DNA of 64,000 nt from an uncultured Methanosarcinales archaeon (GTDB lineage Archaea; Nanobdellota; Nanobdellia; Woesearchaeales; ARS49): contig CAYUPS010000002.1 in NCBI GenBank assembly GCA_964445485.1, forward strand, positions 102,055 to 166,054, in the 5' to 3' direction. A model generated the notes under the pieces. The model worked only from the letters and a program-made list of their open reading frames with translations, ran no database searches and was not told the DNA's origin. The position numbers and the translations under genes were made by a program. This document shows positions 56,823-64,000 of the stretch, piece by piece; the stretch's first letter is position 1; every line of letters begins with the position of its first letter.

Positions 56823-57395
56823 ATGCATTTCGTCATCGAGCATCTCGAGCCTGACGTCTTCGAGTGGTGCGTGCTGGAATACAGGCACATCTCTTCGCTC
56901 GTCGGCAAGTCAAATCTCACATTCACGAACGTCCATCACGGCGCGGGCAAGATCGCCTCGCTCGGCGATGTGCACCATGAGCGCGTGGCAGCGCTCGCCC
57001 TCGACCCGAAGCGCACATGCGTGCTCGATCCCGAGGCCAAAGAGGAGCTCTCGCCCTCCGACCGGCTGAGATTCGACACGTTCGTCTTCGGCGGGATACT
57101 CGGCGACGATCCGCCGCGCGCCCGCACCAAGGACGAATTGACGATCACGCTGCCGGGCGCTTCGTCGCGCAACCTCGGGAAGGACCAGATGAGCACGGAC
57201 ACCGCAGTGAACGTGACCAAGAGGATACTCGAGGGCATGCCTCTCGGGAAGATGAGGTTCGTCTCTCCGCTCCATCTGCACATCAAGAAGGGCGAAGAGG
57301 TCATCCTCCCCTACAAGTACCTGCTCGATGAGGACGGCAAGCCCCTCCTCGCGCCGGGTCTTGATGAGAAACTGCGCACGCAAGACGAGTTCTGA
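56823..57395 (+). CDS. SPOUT methyltransferase, Sfm1/DUF431 family
   Basis: IEHLEP..EWCVLEY, FGGILGDDPPRART, RNLG..QMSTDTAV. Confidence 0.88.
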   Translation: MHFVIEHLEPDVFEWCVLEYRHISSLVGKSNLTFTNVHHGAGKIASLGDVHHERVAALALDPKRTCVLDPEAKEELSPSDRLRFDTFVFGGILGDDPPRARTKDELTITLPGASSRNLGKDQMSTDTAVNVTKRILEGMPLGKMRFVSPLHLHIKKGEEVILPYKYLLDEDGKPLLAPGLDEKLRTQDEF

Positions 57396-57441
57396 AACGC
57401 GCACAAGCTTTAAAAACAGGTCGTCGCTCCGTCAGCGTCTC

Positions 57442-60285
57442 ATGGTCGACCTCCAGAAGCTCGCCAAGAAATGGCAGGGCAAGTGGGCCAAACAGCAGGC
57501 GTTCGAGGCAGATGCCGACGATGAGCGCCCCAAGTTCTTCGTGACATTCCCTTACCCGTATGTCAACGGCTACCCCCACATCGGCCACTCCTACACCTGC
57601 GCCCGCGTGGACACCATGGCGCGCTACCAGCGCATGCGCGGCAAGAACGTCCTCTTCCCGCAGGGCTGGCACGCGACAGGTTCGCCCATCGACAGCGCGG
57701 CCAGGCGCGTGCGCGAGAAAGAGCCCAAGCAGATCGCCATCCTCAAGTCGCTCGGGTTCTCTGACGATGACCTCCCGAAGTTCGAGCAGCCCAAGCACTG
57801 GATCAAGGTCTTCGGCAAGGTCTGGGGCGAGGACCTGCGCAAGATGGGCATGAGCATCGATTGGCGTCGCAATTTCGTCACGACTGACCTCAACCCGCAC
57901 TATTCCGCATTCATCCAGTGGCAGTTCCGCAAGCTCAAGGACAAGGGATTCGTGCAGATCGGCAAGCATCCCGTCACGTGGTGCCCGAAGGAGAACGGTC
58001 CGGTGCCGGACCACAACCGCTCCAAGGGAGAGGGCATCGCGCCCGAGGAGATGACGCTCCTCAAGTTCACGCTCAAGACCAAGGACGGGCATGTCCTCAT
58101 CCTGCCGGCAGCCACGTTCCGCCCCGAGACAGTGTACGGCGTGACGAACATCTGGCTCAATCCCGACGTCGAGTACGCCGATGCGCAGGTCGACGGAGAG
58201 CGCTGGATCGTCTCCAAGGAATGCCTCCAGAAGCTGCAGGACCAGCAGCACACCATCCTCGCAAGCCGCGCATTCAAGGGCAAAGAGCTCATCGGCGAGC
58301 GCGTCCTCAACCCAGTCACCGGCGATTCCGTCCTCATCCTCCCCGCATCGTTCGTGTCGGCCAATTTCGGCACGGGCGTCGTCATGAGCGTTCCTGCCCA
58401 CGCGCCGTACGACTACATGGCGCTCAAGGAGATCCAGGACAACCACACCAAATACGGTTTCGACGCGTCTGTCAAGAGCATCAAGCCAGTCTCGCTCATC
58501 GCAGTGCCCGGCTACAAGGACTTTCCCGCCATCGAGGAGTGCCGCAAACGGGGCATCCAGAGCCAGCAGGACGCAGCGCTCGAAGAAGCCACGACTGAAG
58601 TGTACAAGAAGGAATTCCACCAAGGCAAGCTCAAGCAGATGTTCGGCCAGTACGCGGGCAAGACCATCAGCGAAGCCAAGCAAGGCCTCACGGACGAATT
58701 CGTCAGCGCGGGCCGCGCGGCGAAGCTCTGGGAGCTCGCGGGCGAAGTCGTGTGCCGCTGCCTCTCCCCCTGCCATGTCCGGATCGTCGACAACCAATGG
58801 TTCCTCACCTACGGCGACCAGGCCTGGAAGCAGGTAGCGCACAAGGCCCTCAAGGAATGCAAGCTGTATCCTGAGAAAGTGCGCACGCAGTTCAGCACGG
58901 TGCTTGACTGGCTGCGAGACTGGGCGTGCACGCGCGAATTCGGCATGGGCACGCGCCTCCCCTGGGATGAGCACTGGATCATCGAATCCCTCTCTGACAG
59001 CACGCTGTACATGGCGTACTACACCATCGCGCATCTGCTCAAGGAGATCCCTGCGAAGAGCGTCACGGATGCGGTATTCGATTACGCGTTCCTCGGCAGG
59101 GGCGATGCGAAATCCCTCGGCATCCCTGTGAAGACCGCAGAGGAGATGCGCAAGGAATTCACCTACTGGTACCCTGTCGATTTCCGCAACAGCGGCAAGG
59201 ACCTCGTGCAAAACCACCTCTCGTTCTTCCTCTTCAACCACGCCGCCATCTTCCCCGAGAAGTACTGGCCGCGCGGCATCGGCGTCAACGGCTATGTCAA
59301 CGTGCAGGGCAGCAAGATGGCCAAGAGCGCCGGCAATTTCCGCACGCTGCGCCAGTGCATGGAGGAATTCTCTCCCGATGTCGTGCGCATGACAATCCTC
59401 TCGAGCGGCGAAGAGCTCGCCGACGTCGACTGGGATCCTGACGCGGCGTTCACGCTCCGCAAGCGCATCGAGGCATGGTACGAGTTCGCGACCAAGAGGC
59501 ACAAGGCCCCAAAGAAGGACGAGCAGCTGAGCGACATCGACCTGTGGATGGAGAGCCAGCTCAACGGCATCATCAAGGATTCGACTGCAGCGATGGACGA
59601 GACGCTCTACCGAACCGCCATCCTGCGCGGGTATTTCGACTTGCAGCGCAACCTGAAGTGGTACATGCGCCGCAAGGCGGACAAGCCCAACAAGGCGCTC
59701 CTCAACAGGGTCATCGAGACGCAGACGCTGCTCCTCACGCCCTTCGCGCCGCACACCTGCGAGGAGATATGGAGCAAGATCGCAGAGGACGGCTTCGTCT
59801 CGTTCGCCAAGTGGCCGGTCGCAGACCTGTCGAAGATCAATCCCGCGCTCGACGCGCAGGAATCATCGATGGAATCGCTTGTGGATGACATCCGCACCGT
59901 GATGGGCCTCGCGAAGCTCGAGAGACCGCAGAGCGTCACGCTCGTCGCGGCGGACGACTGGAAGCACAGGTTCTGCAAGGATCTCAAGCATCACCTCTCC
60001 GGCACTCGCAACATCGGCGATCTGATGCGCATGATGATGACGCCCGAGTTCAAGCAGCACGGCCAGCTGATCTCCCAGTTGGTGCAGCGCTTCGTCAAGG
60101 ATCCGGGCAAACTTCCCGCCAAGGACACGCACCAGGAGGCGGAGCTCGCGTTCCTCTCCGACGCGATACCATTCCTTGAGAGCGAGTTCGGCTGCAGCGT
60201 CAAGGTCCTCTCAGAGGCAGATGCCGCCGCTGAAGCGAAAGCCAAGAGCGCGATGCCGGGCAAGCCCGCGATCATCGTGCAGTAG
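57442..60285 (+). CDS. leuS: Leucyl-tRNA synthetase (archaeal type)
   Basis: FPYPYVNGYPHIGH, TFRPET, GTGVVMSVPAHAPYD, KMAKS, PGKPAI. Confidence 0.97.
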   Translation: MVDLQKLAKKWQGKWAKQQAFEADADDERPKFFVTFPYPYVNGYPHIGHSYTCARVDTMARYQRMRGKNVLFPQGWHATGSPIDSAARRVREKEPKQIAILKSLGFSDDDLPKFEQPKHWIKVFGKVWGEDLRKMGMSIDWRRNFVTTDLNPHYSAFIQWQFRKLKDKGFVQIGKHPVTWCPKENGPVPDHNRSKGEGIAPEEMTLLKFTLKTKDGHVLILPAATFRPETVYGVTNIWLNPDVEYADAQVDGERWIVSKECLQKLQDQQHTILASRAFKGKELIGERVLNPVTGDSVLILPASFVSANFGTGVVMSVPAHAPYDYMALKEIQDNHTKYGFDASVKSIKPVSLIAVPGYKDFPAIEECRKRGIQSQQDAALEEATTEVYKKEFHQGKLKQMFGQYAGKTISEAKQGLTDEFVSAGRAAKLWELAGEVVCRCLSPCHVRIVDNQWFLTYGDQAWKQVAHKALKECKLYPEKVRTQFSTVLDWLRDWACTREFGMGTRLPWDEHWIIESLSDSTLYMAYYTIAHLLKEIPAKSVTDAVFDYAFLGRGDAKSLGIPVKTAEEMRKEFTYWYPVDFRNSGKDLVQNHLSFFLFNHAAIFPEKYWPRGIGVNGYVNVQGSKMAKSAGNFRTLRQCMEEFSPDVVRMTILSSGEELADVDWDPDAAFTLRKRIEAWYEFATKRHKAPKKDEQLSDIDLWMESQLNGIIKDSTAAMDETLYRTAILRGYFDLQRNLKWYMRRKADKPNKALLNRVIETQTLLLTPFAPHTCEEIWSKIAEDGFVSFAKWPVADLSKINPALDAQESSMESLVDDIRTVMGLAKLERPQSVTLVAADDWKHRFCKDLKHHLSGTRNIGDLMRMMMTPEFKQHGQLISQLVQRFVKDPGKLPAKDTHQEAELAFLSDAIPFLESEFGCSVKVLSEADAAAEAKAKSAMPGKPAIIVQ

Positions 60286-60293
60286 AATTCTGG

Positions 60294-60305
60294 AAAAAAG
60301 AAAAA
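60294..60305 (-). terminator. Oligo-T terminator of SRP RNA
   Basis: Plus-strand AAAAAAGAAAAA just past the SRP RNA 3' end. Confidence 0.65.
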
Positions 60306-60307
60306 GT

Positions 60308-60583
60308 GGGGCAAGAGCGCTCCCTGATGGACGCATCGTCCGCGCGACAGTTGATTCCCGCGCCGTCCTCAGTTCCGCACCCCTGAAAGCAGTAGCGGAA
60401 ACGGTTAGTGCTGCTCGGTTCCCCGCCTGACACGGTTCCCGCACCCGTACTCCATCAGGACAGAACCTCAACGTTCGACACAGGCCCGCCACGCAAGCCA
60501 TACGCCGCTCAAAGAGCTTCGGTCCAACCATGAAGCCGGTTTGTTGGGCAGGAGACGGCTACCCTCCCGACCTATCTTGCCCC
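60308..60583 (-). ncRNA. ffs: SRP (7S) RNA
   Basis: Helix 1 GGGGCAAGA/TCTTGCCCC; Alu loop-loop AGCCG/CGGCT; helix 8 GTG-TCAGG-CGG-GGAA-CCG-AGCAG-CAC; TATA near 60605-60613. Confidence 0.93.
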
Positions 60584-60621
60584 GTCGGGACAACTGGTGG
60601 GCGGTTTAAATATGTTTGCTC

Positions 60622-61500
60622 TCAGAGGAGGCCGATCATCCACGCAAACGAGAAGCCGAGGACGCACCCTGCGCTCAAGAACGGCATGGCGGGATAGAAC
60701 CGGTCTTTCTTGGCGAGGAAGAGGAGTCCGGCGAGCGCCGCGGTCGTGAAGGGCACTATGGCGAGCGCAGCGTTGAGCGAGCTGCTGGCGAGGACGGCGC
60801 TGGAGAAGATCAGCGGGAAGCCTATGTCGCCGCCGCCGAGGACCGCCGTGCGCCACTGGCCCGCCTTGAGAGGCTTTTTCGAGGGCGTCTGCCGCGAGAG
60901 CATGATGCCTTTCTGCGCATGGTACGGCAGGAGCAGTCCTGCAAAGATGCCGGTGCCTGCCTGGAATTTCGCCATCTTGATCATGTGCTTGCTCTGCCAC
61001 ACCGCGTACATATCATATGCGGAGAGGAGCGCGAGCGCGCCGAACGCGTACGCGACATTGAGCATGGGCGCGAAGAGCGCGGCGAGACCGCCGTACATGA
61101 ACAATTCCGTGACGTTGTGGATGATGATGTTGGGCCGCAGTATCTTCCACGCGCCGAGCGCCACGGCCATGGCGAGCGCGACCGGCATGGGCGCGAAGGA
61201 GGAGAATGCGATGTGCAGGCAGATAGTGACTGCGAGGAAGAACCATAGCCGCCAGAGCCAGCCGACCGAGTACTTGATGAGGAACAGGATGAGAAGCGTG
61301 CCCACGCCGATCGCGCCCGCGAGGTAGACAAGGCCGCCGAGCGGGCTGACATCCGGCCGTTCGAGCGCCACGCCCGCGACGCTGGGCAAAGGCTGCCACT
61401 TACTGTCTTGGTAGTAGGAATTGACGACCAGGAGGCCGATGATCTGGGCGATGGCGAACATCGCGATGAGAATGAGGGTGACTTTGAGCGAATGTTTCAT
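60622..61500 (-). CDS. Presenilin/SPP-like GxGD intramembrane aspartyl protease
   Basis: YD (SAYDMYAV), LGGGD, PAMPFL. Confidence 0.9.
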   Translation of the reverse strand: MKHSLKVTLILIAMFAIAQIIGLLVVNSYYQDSKWQPLPSVAGVALERPDVSPLGGLVYLAGAIGVGTLLILFLIKYSVGWLWRLWFFLAVTICLHIAFSSFAPMPVALAMAVALGAWKILRPNIIIHNVTELFMYGGLAALFAPMLNVAYAFGALALLSAYDMYAVWQSKHMIKMAKFQAGTGIFAGLLLPYHAQKGIMLSRQTPSKKPLKAGQWRTAVLGGGDIGFPLIFSSAVLASSSLNAALAIVPFTTAALAGLLFLAKKDRFYPAMPFLSAGCVLGFSFAWMIGLL

Positions 61501-61550
61501 TCTCGTCTCGGGCGTCAACCTTATATATAAACCATTTGTCTGGGGAAACC

Positions 61551-62021
61551 ATGCGGTATGCGCACAAGATCGTATTCACGTTCTTCGCCAAGCCCGGCGA
61601 TGATGTCACCCGGCTGCGCGCGGCGCTCGCAGGTCTCGCGCCGTCGGATGAGACGAAGCGCAAGAAGGCATTGAGCGAGTCAGTCGCGGCCCCCGAAGGC
61701 CAGTTCGAGGATGAGCTGCGCATCCTCGCCTGCACGCTCACGGGAGAGTCCGAGACGACAGCCATGCTGCGCCGCATCCTCGCATCGCTCGCCAAGGCGG
61801 ACTATGCGGCAGTATCGCAGCAGCGCGAGAGCCGGCTGGATGATGAACTAGACTTCTTCCTGCGCCTTGACAAGAAGAAGTTCCTCGCCGGCATGTGGGC
61901 CCTCACGCAGAGCGGCGACTGCCTGCATGTGCGTATCACGCTCGCAGCCTACCCCAAGACCAAGGCGTCGGCTCTGGCAGTCCTTGACAAAATATTTAAA
62001 GACCTCAGCCCGACGGGATGA
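61551..62021 (+). CDS. Putative RNA-binding protein (DUF54-like)
   Basis: SRLDDELDFFLRLDK, GDCLHVRI..AAYP. Confidence 0.75.
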   Translation: MRYAHKIVFTFFAKPGDDVTRLRAALAGLAPSDETKRKKALSESVAAPEGQFEDELRILACTLTGESETTAMLRRILASLAKADYAAVSQQRESRLDDELDFFLRLDKKKFLAGMWALTQSGDCLHVRITLAAYPKTKASALAVLDKIFKDLSPTG

Positions 62022-62025
62022 CGCT

Positions 62026-63120
62026 ATGGCGCACCTTGTCGACCCCTGGGGGTCAGAACTTGTCGCGGACTATGACCGCATCGTGCACGAGTTCGGCCTC
62101 GAAATGTTCGCCGCGCCCGGCCCCTTCCCCAGCCCTAATAAGCTCATGCGGCGCGGCGTCGTCTTCGCAGGACGGGACCTGCAGCGCATCGCCAAGTGCA
62201 TCAAGGAGAAGAAACCGTTCTACGCCCTCAGCGGCATCATGCCGTCGGGCGAGCGCCTGCACCTCGGCAACAAGATGGTCGTGGAGAACCTCAAGTACTT
62301 CCAGGACCACGGCGCGCAGACCTATATCCTCGTCGCAGACCTCGAAGCTGCGGCAGCGCGCGGCATCAGCCTCGAAGAGGCCCGCACGCGCGCTATGGCA
62401 TTCCACATCCCCGCCTATCTGGCGCTCGGCCTCGACCCGCACAAGACCACATTCTACTTCCAGAGCGACAACAAGCAAGTCATGCACCTCGCCTATGAGT
62501 TCTCCAAGAAGATCACGCTCAATGAATTCCGCGCCGTCTACGGCAGCGCCGACCCGTCGAGGATCATGAGCGCGCTCACGCAGGTCGGCGACATCCTCTT
62601 CCCGCAGATGGACAAGCGCATGCCCGGCATCATCCCCGTCGGCATCGACCAGGACCCGCATATCCGCCTCGCGCGCGATGTCGTCAACCGCACCAAGACC
62701 ACGCACAAGTTCGTGCCACCGAGCGCAATCTACCACAAGTACACGCCGTCATTGACCGGCGAGATCAAGATGAGCAAGTCAGTCCCGAGCGGCAATATCG
62801 AGCTGCCCGACGACATCAAGACTGTCGTGCAGAAGATCAAGCGCGCCAAGACCGGCGGCCGCACCAGCGAGGAAGAGCAGCGCAAGATGGGCGGAGAGCC
62901 GGAGAAATGCATGGTCTTCGAGATGTACAAGCAGCACCTGGTCGATGAGGATGAGGAGCTCGCGCGCATCTTCAACAGGTGCAAGACGGGCGAATTGCTG
63001 TGCGGCGCCGACAAAAGCCACTGCTGCGGCCACATGAGCGACTTCCTCGAGGAGTTCGCATCGCGCATGACCGAGGCGCGCAAGCAGGCCAAGAAGATCA
63101 AGTTCGTCAAATTCTCCTAA
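62026..63120 (+). CDS. trpS: Tryptophanyl-tRNA synthetase
   Basis: DPWG, GIMPSG.LHLG, PVGIDQDPH, KMSKS, AKTGGR. Confidence 0.96.
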   Translation: MAHLVDPWGSELVADYDRIVHEFGLEMFAAPGPFPSPNKLMRRGVVFAGRDLQRIAKCIKEKKPFYALSGIMPSGERLHLGNKMVVENLKYFQDHGAQTYILVADLEAAAARGISLEEARTRAMAFHIPAYLALGLDPHKTTFYFQSDNKQVMHLAYEFSKKITLNEFRAVYGSADPSRIMSALTQVGDILFPQMDKRMPGIIPVGIDQDPHIRLARDVVNRTKTTHKFVPPSAIYHKYTPSLTGEIKMSKSVPSGNIELPDDIKTVVQKIKRAKTGGRTSEEEQRKMGGEPEKCMVFEMYKQHLVDEDEELARIFNRCKTGELLCGADKSHCCGHMSDFLEEFASRMTEARKQAKKIKFVKFS

Positions 63121-63161
63121 GTGCCGTAACCTATATATACCACAAGAGCAGATGCGGGGGT

Positions 63162-63353
63162 ATGCCAAAGAAGCGCCTCGCGCCCCTGCCCGCCTCCATG
63201 ATGCTCATGAGCATCGTCGGCCTGCTCGCATCGATCCTCTGGGTCTGGCCGCTCGACACCGACATCGCGTTCGCGTTCATCGTGCTCTTCGCGGCCATGT
63301 TCCTCGCCTGCATGCACACCATGCGTTACGGCCCCGTCCCCTCGATGAAGTGA
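63162..63353 (+). CDS. Small 2-TM membrane protein
   Basis: PLPASMMLMSIVG; two hydrophobic helices; TATA upstream. Confidence 0.7.
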   Translation: MPKKRLAPLPASMMLMSIVGLLASILWVWPLDTDIAFAFIVLFAAMFLACMHTMRYGPVPSMK

Positions 63354-63358
63354 ACCCC

Positions 63359-64000
63359 ATGCGAATCTACGCGCTTCTCCTCATCCTCGTGCTCCTCGCC
63401 GCATGCGCGCCGATCGAGCCCACCAAGCCAGGAGCGCCCGCCTCACCCAAAGAAGAGCCCGCGCCCGCTCCCGCGCCGACGCCGCAGCCCCCCGCGCAGC
63501 CCGCCCCAGAACCCGCCCCCGCTCCAGCGCCGGCACCAACACCTGCGCCCCAGCCGGCCGTCACCTCACCCGCACCAGCCGTGACTGCGCCGCCCGCAGA
63601 AGAAACGCCATCCGCCGATCTCGACCCGGGCGTGCAAGCGCTCGTCGACAAAGCCCTGAAAGTCAAGAGCCTCGCCTATATGTATGTCAAGCCGGACGAG
63701 ACCGCCTACGGCAGCAAGTACTTCATCAAAGGCACCAAGCAGAGGATCGAGCTCCGCCAGCCGTATGAGATCAGGGACCGCGAGAACTACTTCGACATCC
63801 TCTATCTCGACAACACGACAGCCTATGGTATCGGCATCTGCTCAGGCCTGCACGGCCTCAAGGACTGCCCGCAGCTCGGCAAGGTCTTCAGCGTCCGTGC
63901 AGCATCCTATTATGCCAAGACGCCGTTCGACTGGCTGTCGCTCCTCAACCCGACCGCGATGGTCAGGGGCGTCGAGCAGTTCACCAACCGCGCCGTCAAC
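63359..64000 (+). CDS. Putative lipoprotein with Pro/Ala-rich linker (3'-truncated)
   Basis: MRIYALLLILVLLAAC lipobox; PAPAP repeats; frame open to the window end. Confidence 0.75.
   Translation, partial: MRIYALLLILVLLAACAPIEPTKPGAPASPKEEPAPAPAPTPQPPAQPAPEPAPAPAPAPTPAPQPAVTSPAPAVTAPPAEETPSADLDPGVQALVDKALKVKSLAYMYVKPDETAYGSKYFIKGTKQRIELRQPYEIRDRENYFDILYLDNTTAYGIGICSGLHGLKDCPQLGKVFSVRAASYYAKTPFDWLSLLNPTAMVRGVEQFTNRAVN

Noticed and set aside
57301..59754. 817-aa minus-strand ORF
   Set aside because: Antisense shadow of leuS caused by GC-rich codon bias; no recognisable motifs.
60176..60531. Short ORFs downstream of leuS
   Set aside because: They overlap the SRP RNA gene.
63420..63600. Pro/Ala-rich low-complexity DNA
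   Set aside because: An ordinary flexible linker of a lipoprotein, not a discrete repeat element.

Overview
GC-rich archaeal chromosomal segment, most likely DPANN (Woesearchaeota-like). This assignment is inferred from a fused PriS-PriL primase, an N-terminally extended uS14, PolD, gyrase A, an ScpB-like protein and strong BRE-TATA promoters. The window is mostly core information-processing genes. It holds the uL3-to-SecY ribosomal superoperon (4787-17763), TBP and MCM, aIF-2beta, PolD DP2/DP1 and Cdc6 beside a likely oriC (~30860-31080), TFE, Hjc, PCNA, RNase J, the uS13-uS4-uS11-rpoD-tRNA-Leu-eL18-uL13-uS9-rpoN cluster, LeuRS and TrpRS. RNA genes are five tRNAs (two with introns), RNase P RNA and SRP RNA. 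I found no CRISPR array, transposon or prophage. The most interesting signals are non-coding or small. (1) A ~66-nt structured RNA resembling a truncated 5S rRNA lies between an RNase M5-like TOPRIM gene and tRNA-Cys. (2) The RNase P RNA has an atypical architecture, and Rpp29 is missing from its usual locus. (3) Both ribosomal-protein operons have structured leaders. (4) Three divergent coiled-coil paralogues form one operon. (5) An operon combines a solenoid, a B-box and a coiled-coil protein. All product calls are by-eye motif recognition, not database searches.
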